A DNA stretch of 64,000 nt, taken from the NCBI RefSeq assembly GCF_009914755.1, contig NC_060929.1. The stretch is one strand, 5' to 3'. Position numbers and translations under genes: made by a program. Origin of the DNA: the human T2T-CHM13v2.0 reference genome, Homo sapiens. Below, in pieces: positions 1 to 17,225 of this stretch. The notes under the pieces are model-generated. The model searched no databases and was not told the DNA's origin. It saw nothing but the letters and a program-made list of their open reading frames with translations. Numbering within the stretch: position 1 is the first letter of the stretch; each line of letters begins with the position of its first letter.

Positions 1-1945
1 GCAGCTGTTTACCTGAGTGGGTGGCATGTTCTCCGCCCTCACTTGAATCACTCTTCCCAGTAATAGCCTCTGGCCCAAGTAACTCAGAAAAGTAATTGGT
101 ATGGCTTTGGTCCTGATGCTGGACTTGTTAAGATGGTAAGAGGAGATATTTGTGTTTATAACTAACTTAGCATGATTTAGTAAGGCAGACCACTTGGGCC
201 ATGTTATCTATATTTCTGTATAATATTTTATCTTTTGCCTGCCTGAGGATTATGGGACAGGCCAAGAAAATGGATATAGCAATAAAAGATCCATACCCAG
301 GATCTGAAGAGGCAGATAGAATCTGATCATTGGGGGTACTTAGCAACATGCAGCTCTCGAGGAAGGAGGCCACCACCATTTCTTAGAGATACAGATATTT
401 GGGTTCATGGGCTGACCAGTCCTGTCTATTCCCCTGGAATGGAGTGACTAAGGGCAGGAGAGAGAGGGCTGGGGAGTGAGCAAGGGCACATACCTATAGA
501 GAATAGTATCCTTTGGTCCAAGCTGCATCCATCTTCAGTTCCAGTGGAGAAACTGAGGCAGTTTAGTAGCTTTGCCAGGGCCAAAGATGATCATAGCCTT
601 TCTGTATATCCAGGTTCTCAGTAGGGGCTCTGGTTTGGTTTCATTTCTGCCTCATTTGTGGGGAAATGGTGACAACAGACTCGGGGCTCATCTAACTTTT
701 CTTGAAGCTGCAAACAGGGCTGGAATACCTCCTGCTGCTTCCTCTGCATCCGCCAGGCTTGGTTCAACACCTATCAGACCTTAGGGGATTGTCCACAGGC
801 TTACATTAATTACAGAGGACCGTTTCTTTCATCTGAGCACGTCAAAGACTTCTACAAAGCTCAAGGAGTGTGATGTTGTCTTGTGGAATTTTTTTTTTAT
901 TTTTCCAAGTCCTCTTGGAAAACACTTTTAAAAAGTTGACACCAGGAAATTGTTCCTTGGGTGATATATGACACACAGCATTTTCCAACATCCCCAATCA
1001 TTCATTATAGATTGGGCCACAGGCAGCGTGGGTTTGGCTTGGTCCCGGAAACTTGCTTCAAGCCTATTGTCTAGTCATTGTTGGGATCATCTGAGTCTGA
1101 GGAGCTACAGGCAGGCTCTATGGGGAGGATGTGGAGGGAGGGAGGTGAGAGAAGGTTTGTCATGACTGCATTCCAGCAAGAAAATTATTGTGGCCTGGAG
1201 GCAGCTCTCATGTTTACCCTGGTAAATGTTTGAATTTTCTCTGTTGATTTGTAATTGAGACAAATGGATTGAGATGTCTGTTCACATTATTTTTAAAAAG
1301 TGATGGGCTCCCATATTGGCAGAGGCATTGAGGCACTCAGCAGGGTCAACTGGGACAGTGCTTCTGAGCAAAGTGTGAGTATGTGTTATTAGTGCTGTGG
1401 CCCCAACCTCTTGGCACGCTTGGGGCTCTCAAGGCAGAGGGGCAGAAGGCAGGGAACAGACTAAGCTGGCATAGGGCAGTGGTGGCATGGGGAAGGGGAC
1501 CAGTAGGGACCAATGAGCTGGCAGCAGCAAGTTCCTAATGCAAGGTGGAGTACTGACATGTTTTGTTTTGCCATCACCCACGCCTGAGGTAGCCAGAAGT
1601 CAGGGCTTCCAGGAGATGGCTGCAGTTCTTGGTCATAGCTAAGTGTCCAAGGTACAAATCAGAGATTTGCCTAAGCTAATGTAAGGAAGCAGGGACCAGC
1701 CCCAAGAAAGCGAGCTGGCAGGGGGTAGCTGAGAGAGTCCAAGCCTCCAGTTCCTGAGGCTGGGGGGCAAGGGGCTGGGCCCTAGATTCAATGAGGTTAC
1801 AGCTAGGAACTGGGGACATGAGGAAAAGGCCTATGAAGTAATCTGACTATGTATCCTGGGCATGAGGTAAGCACTGTTTGCTTTTTCTGTGGGCTCCAGA
1901 CACAGGCAGCAACCATTCCTGGTGGACCAGCTGGTTTAGGAGGAG

Positions 1946-2143
1946 TTCCTCCTCTTCTTCTCCTCCCCCTCCCTCTCCCCCTCCCTCTCCCCCTCCCTCT
2001 CCCCCTCCCTCTCCCCCTCCCTCTCCCCCTCCCTCTCCCCCTCCCTCTCCCCCTCCCTCTCCCCCTCCCTCTCCCCTTCCCTCTCCCCCTCCCCCTCCCC
2101 CCTCTCTTCTTCTCCTTCTCCTTCTTCTTCTTCTTCTTCTTCT
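1946..2143. repeat. 198-bp pure polypyrimidine tract: (CCCCCTCCCTCT)n minisatellite plus (CTT)n, at the position of the adjacent Alu tail
   Basis: Only C/T from 1946 to 2143; about 10 copies of the 12-mer, then (CTT)n abutting the Alu 3' end. It explains the poly-GR/PL/G ORFs in the track. Confidence 0.95.
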
Positions 2144-2383
2144 GAGATAGGATCTCATTCCATTGCCTAGGTTGGCACAGCCTAGAGGACAATGCGATCA
2201 TAGCTCAACTGCAGCCTCGAACTCCTGGGCTCAAGTGATCCTCTTGTCTCAGCCCCCTGAGTAAACAGGATTACAGGCATGCACCACTACTCTTGGCTAA
2301 TTTTTAAATATTTTGTAGAGACCGAGTCTTGCTACGTTGCCTAGGCTGTTCACGAACTCCTGGTCTCAAGCGATCCTCTCACT
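2144..2383 (-). mobile_element. AluJ-like SINE, 5'-truncated
   Basis: Reverse-complement Alu motifs (gcgatcatagctca, gcagcctcgaactcctgggctcaagtgatcctc, tttgtagagac); possible TSD aggaggagYtc at ~1938 and ~2388. Confidence 0.85.
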
Positions 2384-2827
2384 TTGGAGGAGGAGCTCTG
2401 AATGTTCTTTCCAGCCCAAAGCCTTATGGCCCACAGCTGGACTAACCAGGCCAGGCTGCAAGCCCTACCAGGGGGCAGAAGAAAAAGAACTCCTTCTCTG
2501 CAATGTGTTGCCTGCCTCTCTCCGTCAAGTGACATTGTCTCTCTAAGTCTGCCTCATTGCAGAGGATGTGAAAGGCTTCTCTCCCTTCCCTGCACTGTGC
2601 CCTTCTCTCCAGTTACTCTGCAGAGCACCCCTACCTTCTTCAAATCTCTTCTCTCTTGACACATTCCTAGTTTTAGTTTTATTTCTCTGGCTCTTTGTTT
2701 GCATCGTCTCTGGATCTCTTTGCTCTGCCTTGCCGTAAGTGTAGGGTCCCAGGGATCAGTTATAGGTGCGTGGTCTCACCCCACTCTCTGCCTCTCCTTG
2801 CGTAATCTGATCCCTTCCCGTGGCTCT

Positions 2828-3215
2828 TGTATTAGTCAGTTTAGGCTGACATAACCAAATATCATAAACTGGGTGGTTTAAACAACAGATACTTATTTTC
2901 TCACAGTTCTGGAGGCTGAAGTCTAAGAGTCAGTGAGGTGTCAGCACAGTCAATTTCTGGTCATGGCCCTCTTCCTGGCTTGTAGGCCACCTGCTGGCTG
3001 TGTCCTCACATGGTGGGGGCTTTGGGGGTTGGGGAGAGCCAGCAAGCTCTCTGGTGTCCCTTCGTATAAGGGCACTAATCCCATATGAGGACTCCACCCT
3101 CATAGGCTTATCTAAACCTAATTATCTCCTAAAGGCCCCATCTCCAAATACGATCCCATTGGGGGTTAGGGCTTCAACACAGGAATTTTTTGGGGTCACG
3201 ATTCCTTAGGTAGCA
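2828..3215 (-). mobile_element. MaLR solo LTR (MLT1A/B-like)
   Basis: Begins tgtattagtcagtttaggctgacataac...tttaaacaacag...cacagttctggaggctg and ends ...ggggttagggcttcaacac..., typical of MLT1. Confidence 0.8.
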
Positions 3216-5099
3216 GCTCTTTTTAGTGAGTTCCTAATGCATATCCTTAGCCCAGCATTCTGTCCTGAGTGATTCATCTATATTTCTAACTGGAACATTC
3301 TGACATGTAGTTGATCCATACACCCACAGGAGTCTCACACAAAACACATTATGTTCTGCTCAGACCAGCCACTTCTGCCATGTTTCCTAGATTAATTTAT
3401 GGCACATAGTTTCTCTAGCATAAGCCTCTTCCCTGTGGCATGGTATGGCATAGTACTTTGGGATTTATTGCCCTCTCAAGTTTGACTTTGGGCAGCCCAG
3501 AGTAGCTTTCCACCACGGCTGGGGGTAGTCATTCCGAGCACAGCAGTTACACACCTGCACAGGGCCGCAGCTGCACCTCTTCCATCTACTCCTGCTGATT
3601 TGACTCTTAAGGGCTATGGTTCTCAAGGGAGACTAACGTGGGAGGTTTTAGAAAATACTGATGCCTGGACTTCACCCTGGACCAAATGAATCCATTTCTC
3701 TGGGAGGGTCCCTGGCATCCAGAGGTTTCACAGTGAGAATGAAGAAACTGTGCTTTAAGCCACTCAGCCTGGGCACCCACATGCATGTGTCCTATGGCTG
3801 TTATCGCAGGTCGGGACCTCCCTCTCTGGAACAGCAAGCTCCCAGGGCTTGCCTTGCTTCACTCTCCACCTCTCTATCTTTCCAGATCTATCCATGACCT
3901 AAACTATAGGCTGCCTCCTGTCTTTGGTCCTGGCCCTGCCCTTTGAACTTGTCAGCTGATCCACATCACCTTGACTGATCATGACACACTCCAAAGGCTT
4001 CAACTTCCTCCCATCTCCAATCTTTCCCTGGCAAGCTGATCTGGTCTTGCTTAGCCCCTTTCCTCTGCAGGAGGATCTGGACATTTCTTTGCTATCTTCT
4101 AAAAAATTCACCATCATTACTGCACACCCAAGGATGTTTAATACTTGCTGTTGCTGTCAGAGCCCAAAACTGATTTTGACTATTATTGAGTCCCGCTGAT
4201 AAAATCAGCAGCTATTTTTAACGACCAATTTCCTTCTTTGTTTGAACTGCTTATTTAGAGGAGGAAAGACAAGGTATGTGGCTTTTATCATTTGGCAATT
4301 TTCTGTGCTTTATTCTAGGTGTACAACACACACTAGGGGCAATATGCTAACCCCAGCACTGACTTGTACAAGAGTTTAATTTAGATTGTGGTATCAGATT
4401 GTGTTTGCTTTCTGAAAACTGACTGCACTTTGAGACCTGTAAACAATAGTAAATCCTACAAAATTAAATGTTAATAAGAAAAGCAACCCAGTAAAAAAAA
4501 TTGGCAAAGGATATACATAGGGAATTCACAGAATATGAAATAAAAAATTACCAGTAAACATGAAAACATGCTTATTGTCACATATAAGCAGGAAACTACA
4601 AATTTAAAGGCATCATTTTTCACTAGATCAGTTGTTGGCAAGGATATGGGGAAATGGATAGATACAAGGATTTACATATATCTTTTTTTTTATTACTGGC
4701 GGGATTGTAATATAGGACAATTTAGGATTGTACTATATTCTGGAGGGCAATTTATCAATATATATTAAGATTTTTCTCAGTATATATTTAACTTTTTATC
4801 AATTTAAAATTTTATTTTGATTTGGAATCATTTTGGTAAATCCATTTTCTCCTGAGCATCTTGGGATCAACAACTGGTAAAACTGTCCGGTGTAAGATTC
4901 TAAATGACATCTCTTATTAACCCTCACCCAGAAATATTTTAAGCAGTATTTGACCAGAGCCATGAAATAGATCCACTTGCTTATTTTATGCATATAAAAA
5001 AGGAAAATAATTGGAACCCTTTGGTTTGTCAGTTTTACTTAAAGAGCCCACACAATGTTAGACTTTTTAGAGTAAAGTTAGAATTAGTGTTCTGCAATG

Positions 5100-5435
5100 G
5101 AACTTAGCAAACTTTTTCTGTAAAAGACCAGATTTCAAACATTTCAGCCTTGGTGGTCTATGCAGTTTCGGTTGCAGCTACTCACTTCCGCTGTAGAAAC
5201 ACGAAAGCAGTCCCAGATAATATGTCAGCTAATGAGCAAAGTGGTGTTCCAATATAACTTTATTTACAGATACTAGAAACTGAATTTCATATAATTTTCA
5301 TATGTATGATATATCATTCTTCTTTTGATTTTTTGCTGAAATGTTAAAAAAATGTAAAAACTCTTCTTGCTTAGGGGCCATACAAAATCACGCAGTGGGC
5401 TGATTTGGCCTACAGGCCTTAGTTCACCAAGCCCT
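5100..5435. mobile_element. MER58B-like hAT-Charlie MITE
   Basis: gcaaactttttctgtaaa...ccagat at the start, gtgttccaat..aactttatttaca internally, gatttggcc..caggcc.tagtt..ccaa at the end. Confidence 0.7.
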
Positions 5436-6174
5436 TATTATACTTCTTAAAAATTAGAAATTGCCGGTGCACTATTTATTGTAACTTAAATAACTAACCA
5501 TTATTCCAAAGAAGACATTAAAGGGCCACTTCTGAGCAAGCAAAATGAGTTCCTTTACAAATATTTTACATTTATTATTTTGTTAAATAAAGATTCGGTT
5601 TTAAAAAATTTCATCTTATGACCCATTTTTGTACATTCTTTTCTTTGAATTAGTCCTCAAATCCATTTGTATTGTCACTCCTATGGATAATTTATAGGTC
5701 AGTATCAAACCAGGACAGCTGATGGTGGTCATCTGAGGCAGCCCATTCATAAGGCTCTAGGCATGTCCCAGATCTGGCAGCCAAATAGCTGGCCGGTCAC
5801 CATCAGGATAAAGGTCATGATCTCTGTTCCACACAGGCCCATCCTCAAGGCATTCTGCCTCTATCCACAGCCAGGGTCATCCTGAAAATAACCAACGAAG
5901 TGTAAGACCAGTGGTCTCATTCTAAGCCACTGGCTCCATTCTGAAGAGAGAGCTAGTCAATTCATCTGAAAGGCAGTTTAACCTTATGCATTTGGAACAA
6001 AACTGTAGCCTCAAGCTGCCATTCTTATTTTTAGAGTGGAGGAATTGTGTCAAGAGTTATATCTCCTTAAATTTCAACAGCTTACACAGCTTCCTTGTCC
6101 AGAGCAAGTTCATAGAGAGGTTATTTTACTCAACCAAATAAATGTTACGTTCTTGGTTGTTATAGGAATTGTCC

Positions 6175-6290
6175 TCACTTTGGGAGGTGGAGGCAGAGGT
6201 GGGAGGATTGCCTGAGGCCAGGAGTATGAGGCCAGCTTGTGCAACATAGCAAGACCCTGTCTCTATTTAAAAAAATAAAAAATTAAAAAG
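6175..6290 (+). mobile_element. FLAM/Alu left-monomer fragment
   Basis: cactttgggagg...gggaggattgcctgaggccaggag...gcaacatagcaagaccctgtctcta plus A-rich tail. Confidence 0.75.
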
Positions 6291-7908
6291 TGGCTTCCTC
6301 TAGATTTTTTCTTATGTCAACCAGGAAGCACACTGATGATTCTGGCTAGAGATGGGCTCCAGATATATGTAAAGATACTGGGGTTCTACATTTTTAAGAA
6401 ACTCAGCACAGCATAACCAGGCTGCTGAAGATGCTGTCTCATTCATTTAATAATAAGCTGACTATTATGAAAAGGATGGAATGCAAGCTCTAGGGTTTCA
6501 CCTGAGAAATTCAAACCGATTGTTCTTTAGAACTATTTTGGAACTTGAAGCAATCTTTCAGGTGGTACAATTAAACAGGAAAGAATGGAAAGTCTTCACG
6601 GCACTAGTGTTCAGCTTCTAGGTTTACATGTGGTCAATCTGTGTAGGATGAATTCTTTCTAACCTTACTTGCAATAATTCAGCAATATGCAGGTATGCCC
6701 AGTAGATACAGAGGAGTTGAGAGTCATTTGTGTTTGCTGTCCTTCATGCTGGTGACTGTGGGGACATCCCTGAGCCCACACCTGTAGTCTTCATCATACA
6801 GGCGATGGCCTGGAATGCTCTTTCCCTTAATTATGGTCTCTTGGTCACGGTTAAATTACCACACTCACCAGCTCATTGATCTCTGGTGAAGACTACTGTT
6901 GCACTCATATGAAGCTGTGCCTTTTGCCCAGAAAATCGTGCATCTTTGTGTGAACAGTATGTCATTTCACAATTTGTCAATTCCAGTCAGTTTGCACTTG
7001 CCCACTGTCATTCTCCTGTGGGTGGAACACAGTGGTAGCTGCAGAGGCCATGCATATGGAAGAAATAATGATTGGTGAGTGGAGCCCTTTCCATCCTGGC
7101 TCAAGTGTGCAATGGAGTCAGGGACTCAGGCTATGGCTAAACAGGGTCTGCTTAAGGACCAACATCAGGACTAAACATCATTCCATTGTGTGTGCATCTT
7201 CATTCTTATGCCTCATCTTGGCAGTTTAATTAGTTTTACGGTGGCATGTTTTATCACCTATAATAGTTCAGCCAGACACTGGCCATTAATTGGAAGAGCT
7301 GCATCAAGCTGTGTAGATGGGACCCGTAGACTCCCATCATGTCTCAGCTTGTACTCACTGAGCTTGTGTCATTACATACTGCCCATCCACCAGCCACTTC
7401 TTGAGTGAACGACAGAAAATTTTTGATCCTATGTCTTCTGTAGGATCTGGATGGTATCACATCTACTTCCTCAGAATGTCCTGTATCACTCAGAGAAGGA
7501 GCAGTTATTGCAGCCCCACAGTGGATCCCTGTGTGGAGGTGGGTTTGTTGCTGCCTGTGACTAGCAGCTCCTTTTCTGATGAGCTCCTTGGCTATGTCCA
7601 ATTCTACCAAAGCAGCGTGAGTAGACTTTTGTCCACTGAGGGTTTTTAAAAATCTGTTGTGGAGCCCACTTCAGAAACTCTCAAGGGAACAGGCTCTGCC
7701 CCCTGTGCAGGCGGAGGTGTCCTAGACATGTTGCTGCTGGGCTCTGTGGACCTTTTTCCATCTGCTCATCATGCCCAAGGTCAGGTGGAGAGAGGCTTAA
7801 AATCATATTGAAATTTTAAAGTTGTATATCTTATGTCCAGCAATTTTACTTCTTAGAACGTACTGTGGCAAAATATTTACAGATGTGCAGCTATTCAGTG
7901 CAATATTA

Positions 7909-8670
<762 letters not shown>

Positions 8671-9509
8671 CAACCCAGAATAGAAACAGCCCAAATATTC
8701 ATTGGCAGGGGAGCACTTTAATGTGAGCACATAGGGAATGGGTACAACAGGTGCAGAGGATGAGGCAGATCCATAGGTTCGTAAAGCTGCATGAAAAGTA
8801 TCTGCAACCCACTGCCGACTGAACAACAGGAAAGTCAAGATCCATAGGAGGGGTCTGATGCCATTTCTGCAAAGTATCAACTAGTAACAACAGCAAGAGG
8901 GTAGTTGCTGCTTGGATCCACAGCAGTGTCCAGAGCCGTTCTGGAGCCATGTGCCTGCTCTGGATGCAGGGCCACCAGTTCTCAGCTGGAAAGTGAGACG
9001 ATAGTGAGGAATCTGTTTAGCATGAGAGGCATTATTCTAAGGAAAGCAGCTACGGTTAAAATCTTGTGTGTGTGGAAAGGAATAAAGGTGCCCCTCTTGG
9101 GTGTGAAGAAGGCTGTGCCACAGACAGGAAGAGGACTTACTTGTAGACGTATCCCCAGAACCCCCACCCCTAAGAAACGTCATATTCACCACTTCCAGAA
9201 TCACAGACTTGGCAGGGCTTAATCATTTTTATTTTAGCAGCTCTTGCTTTTAATGTCTGATTCATATGGGAAGAGCAGGGAAACAGGCCCAGTCTCTGGG
9301 GTCATGGGTCTTTAACCTCACAATGAACCTGCCGTGGAAGAAAGAGTTGTCACGTTGAACGCTGGCCTTGACGCAGTTCTGAGTAGTCCTGCTCTAAAAT
9401 GCTGAGGCCAGGCACCGAAGAGACTGGTCTTCCACTGCCCTCTGCAGCAGAAAGAGAACACCGCAGTCAGGGACAGGATCTACCCAAGCCATATAGGTGT
9501 TTCAGCTGT

Positions 9510-10500
9510 GATTTTTTATTTTCTAAATTGACAAATAAAACTTGTATATGCTTATGGTGTATAACATGATGTCTTGATATACGTAAACATTATGGTATAG
9601 CTGAATCAAGTAGATTAACGTATGCAGTACCTCACATGCTTAGCATTTTTTTTTGTGCTGAAAACTTAAACTCTACTCTCTTAGCAAACTTCAAATATGC
9701 AATATATTATTATTAACTATAGTCAACATGATGTGCAATAGATCTCTTGAGCTTATTCCTCTTATCTAACTGAAACTTTGTGTGTCCCCAGACAGACCCC
9801 CACTTCCCTGCCCTCCAGCCCCTGGCAACCACCATTCTACTCTCTACTTCCATGAGTTCTACTTTTTGAGATTCCACATATAAATGGAACCTCTCATGCA
9901 GTATTTGTCTTTCTGGGCCTGGCTTATTCCACTTAGCATAATGTCTTTCAGGTTGATCCATGTTGTTACAAATGACAAGATTTTCTTCTTTTCAAAGCAG
10001 AATCATGTTCTATTGTGTATATATACCACATTTTCTTCACCCATTCATCCACTGGTGAACACTGAGGTTGATTCCTTAACTTGGCTATTGTAAATAGTGC
10101 TGCAATGAACATGGAAATGCAGATGTCTCTGAGACATACTGATTTCACTTCCTTTGGATGTACACCCAGTAGTGGGATTGCTGGATCATGTGGTAGTTCT
10201 ATTTTTAATATTTGAGGAAGCTCAATACGGTTTTCCATGATGGTTATACTAATTTACATTCTCACCAACAGTGTACAAGGGTTCCCTTTTCATCACATTC
10301 TTACCAACACTTGTTATATTTCATATATTTGATAATAAACATTCTAACAGATGTGAGATGGTATCTCACTGTGGGTTTGATTTGCCTTTCCCTGATGATT
10401 AGTGAGTGAAGTGAGCATTGTAAAATATACCTGCTGGCCATTTGTATGTCTTTTTTTTTTTTTTTTTTTGAGAAATGTCTTCTCAGGTCCTTTGCCCATC
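9510..10500 (-). mobile_element. Old L1 (L1MA7-9/L1MB-like) 3' region; host of the younger L1 and resuming at ~13595-13660
   Basis: Degenerate ORF2 C-terminal translations on the minus strand ([32 protein letters not shown]) and an L1M-type 3'UTR. Confidence 0.85.
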
Positions 10501-13682
<3,182 letters not shown>

Positions 13683-13726
13683 TAATTCTAGTATTTTGAT
13701 TTCTTTTGCATGTTATGCATGATCAT

Positions 13727-14075
13727 TGCAATGTACTGAATGTTTGTCTCACTTTCAAATTCATATGTTGAAACCCTAATCCCAATGTATTAGGAGGACG
13801 GGACTTTGGGAGATAATTAGTTTATGGAGCTCCCATTAATTGGATTAGTGTCCTTATAAGAAGTGGTCAGTGATCTCTCTTTTTCTTTGCACTAAGTGAG
13901 GATACAGCAAGAGGTCAGCCATCTGCAACCTGGAAGAGAGCCCTTGCCAGAACCTGGCCATATGAGCACCCTGATCTCAGACTTCAAGCCTCCAGCACTA
14001 TGAGAAATAAATTTCTGTTGTTTGTAAACCAACCAGTCTATGGTAATTTGTTATGCAGCCTGAACTGATTAAGAA
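13727..14075 (+). mobile_element. MaLR solo LTR (MLT1A0/MST-like)
   Basis: ctgaatgtttgt...aaattcatatgttgaaaccctaatccc...agaaataaatttctgttgttt...agcctgaactga.taaga. Confidence 0.8.
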
Positions 14076-15859
14076 ATAACTTCATTAAATATTTCAGAAG
14101 AATAAGTATCATATCTGTGGCAACTGAACCTCTGTTGTTATTTTCCACCTTCTTCTTCCCTGACTCTTTGCACACAGGAAGATGTTTCAGGACCATCCGA
14201 GTTCATATGGGTCATATGATGTGTTTTGGTGACACGGTGTAGTGGTGCCGGTCACCTAGCTTGACTTAGCTTGGGTCTAAGTGCTACCTTCCCTATATCT
14301 TGACAGTGGCTACTGCTGAATCAACAGGTGTGACAGTGTAAATGGCCTAAGGAGGGGTGGAAGGACCTTGCACTTGGCAGTTCAACAGACAGTTTGTGTG
14401 CAGTAGTGTAATGTCCACTTATTTCACAGTCTGGAATCTTTCTATGCTCCTTGTGGGGGCAGACCTCTTTCTATTTTCCGCGAGGACTGTGGTCAGTCTG
14501 CAGAAGTCCAGCACTTTGTTTCTCAGTCCATCCCTACTGATGATGCAGCCTAGACTTTGGGGAATGGTCTTTTCTTATCGTTAGTTACACTATTATTACC
14601 AATATATAGTCCTTTCCATTTTGTTGGATACTTTACGAGAAATTGGAAAGAGGGGTTTCAGGTACTGCTAGTCTACCTTGTGATGCCTTATCTGTCATCA
14701 TTGGTTTTATTACTATAATAATGGAAACATTTACAATCTTAATGCCAATATGTCACTTGGAGGCCCAGGTCTAGTGCCCCAACTGTCTCCCCTATAGTGA
14801 AGTCGGCTAGTCAAACTCCACAGACACACACAGAGCATCCAGGCAGCTGTCTTGGTGGTGGGAAAGACCTGACAGGGATAGAACAGCAGGAAAAACTCTG
14901 GCTGGTCACCTGGTCTCCCATTAAGTATAAATGCACAATCAAAAATCATGCATTTTGGATGTAATTATCCTTTTAACAACAAGACTAAATAAACAGTTGG
15001 CAGAAGCTAGGAAGTAGAATGTTCGAGGAGGAGAAGAAGGGTGGAGCTGCTAATATATTTCCCTCACATGATAGGGAGTTAAGAGATACCAGTGTGAACC
15101 AAGGGATAAAGATATAAATTTATAAAACAACATAAATGATTGGTTTGAAATAAACTTTAAATTGTACTGAACATTTAGTTAATTTTCCTCTGCTAAACAG
15201 TGGTAGGAAATTGTAGTAGGAAGATCAGATTAATTATAGACAAAATAAATAAATTAGATTTCCTCATTAAATCCAAATTATAGTATAAATTAAGTACTAC
15301 CCTGCTATATGATAATTTTTTAATAGACACAAACAAAACCATGTCAATATTTCCAGTCACCAACAGAAAATGGAAGCAGTTTTGAGCAGGCATTTTAGCT
15401 TTCACTATTCTGAAATATGTTAGCTATAGACTCTGTTTGCTGAGTGTAGTGATGTTTGTAAAATTTTTAATATATAATCTTTAATACAATCATGTCTGAA
15501 AGTACAAAAGCAGAGTATTACATTTGCTAGTGAGAAAAGGCTGATGATTATGATGAAAATGAAAATCAAGATAATTTTACACATTCAAAACAATGATAAA
15601 ATGACAAATTCCACATGTAAATATGAAATAAATTGTTCAATAAGAGACTGTTCCTCATGAACAAAGTCAATCATGCAAAATGTATAAAGTGCTGTGCTCA
15701 TGCAATTGACAATAACGAACAGGAAATGAATAAGAGTCACAGATGAATTAGAAAATTTTAAGAGCTGTCATGTTAGAATATTGTCAATAACAAGACTGAT
15801 GTGCTTCTCTGGAGTAGGCTCTTTAAAAAATTCCTTATAATAAGATATGTTGGTAATTA

Positions 15860-16034
15860 GGCCCTCAAAGGAAAAAAAAATCTCTGATTTGTAACATTTG
15901 CCAATTTCTATGGTGTAAATACTCCCAGCATGGCTGATTTCAAACAATGAGCCTGACCTCACTAAACTTGGAGCTGGGGAAAGATGTGTAATAGGTTCCA
16001 AAGCCAGCTTGAGCTGGCTGCCACATGACACTGG
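15860..16034. mobile_element. MER63-like hAT-Blackjack DNA transposon remnant (may extend leftwards)
   Basis: ccaatttctatggtgtaaatactcccagcatggctgatttcaa and terminal gagctggctgccacatgacactg resemble the recalled MER63 consensus. Confidence 0.5.
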
Positions 16035-16791
16035 ACTAAAGGATTTTCTAATATACTTCTTGTTCTCTGCACTGGACAATGGCAAATCACACCTAGATGC
16101 TATTCTACTGTTTTTTGGCTTTTATGGTGAGATAATTTTTTTCTAGGCATTGGCATACTTATGACTTCTGCTTATATGTTTTATGGGGTGGATACAACCA
16201 AGTGATTCCCTCAGAATGGGAGGGGCTCTGTCCTCTTCTCTTACTTCCCTGGGAAGAAATTATTGGCCATAGTGGCATTTGGGGCATCTAAGTGTAACTT
16301 TTACCTCATTTGAGGTGGATTTACTGGGAAATTCTTTTCCTCTTTATTTTTAAAATATATTCATTAAATCAGTAAGAAAGCATAATTTCTGGACTGAGAT
16401 TTCTCATTGGAATTTGGCAAACATAAAATGACCTCATCTCTTGTTGAGTTTAGTATAATTTATTTTCGGAAAGATGGGTACTCAAGAGCAATAAATAAAA
16501 ATCACAATGTTCTAATTCCCCATGTTTCCCAAGAAAAAGAAAAAAAGTCATTAAGATCCCCTAACAATGGCCGTGGGATCAGCATCAACACCAGATGCCT
16601 ATTGACCTATTGTTAATTTCAGATAGGGCTAGGAGTTGGTTTGAGAGATTACAGATTAAACATGGCAGAGGGGCTGCTGCTGCAAATATTGTTGCAAACT
16701 CTGCATGCCTTGGATGGTTCCAAAGGCCCAAGCCTCACTGGAATCTGCTTAACATTAAATTAAGTCCCGAGGTGGGGAGAAGGAAGACCAC

Positions 16792-17225
16792 GTGTCTTAG
16801 GCTGGCTTTCCCAGGTGCGGATACTGAAGTTCCTATGAGAAACCGGTGAGGAGCAGGGGAAGCAGGACAGGGAAGCGGAAGTGTGTGATTTCAGGTAAAG
16901 CCCTGCGGGAGGTAGCTTTGGCTTGATGTATCCGAGGAACCCTGGTGGGTAAGTTACCCTGAGAGTTTGATCAGACTCAGGCCAGGGAGCTGGGTTTCAT
17001 ATTCCAATACAAGTTGATCATTGTCTAAGGGCCAAACAAGGAGATGTAAATTCCCAAGTGTTCCTTGTTTTCTGCCTGTTGTGGCAAAGTGGCCTTGTAG
17101 CCTGATGGCAGTCCTCTAAAAGAGCCACAGGTATGGGCTGTTAGAAGTAAAGACACACGGAAGCTGGAGGAGTGCACACACACCACACACACAGATCCCA
17201 GGAGTTCTGGTTGGAACACGAAGGT
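16792..17225 (-). mobile_element. Old MaLR LTR (MLT1J/K-like)
   Basis: tgtcttaggctggctttcccagg...gatactga...gtgaggagcaggggaagcaggacagggaag, typical of old MLT1 LTRs. Confidence 0.45.

Noticed and set aside
1803-2201. Overlapping poly-GR, poly-PL and poly-G ORFs, and CCCTCT units resembling an SVA 5' end
   Set aside because: These are translations of a low-complexity tract. No SVA VNTR or SINE-R follows; the neighbour is an ordinary AluJ.
6300-7790. Possible decayed ancient retroelement or pseudogene sequence
   Set aside because: I could not recover any convincing protein motif by eye; it needs nhmmer against Dfam or tblastn.
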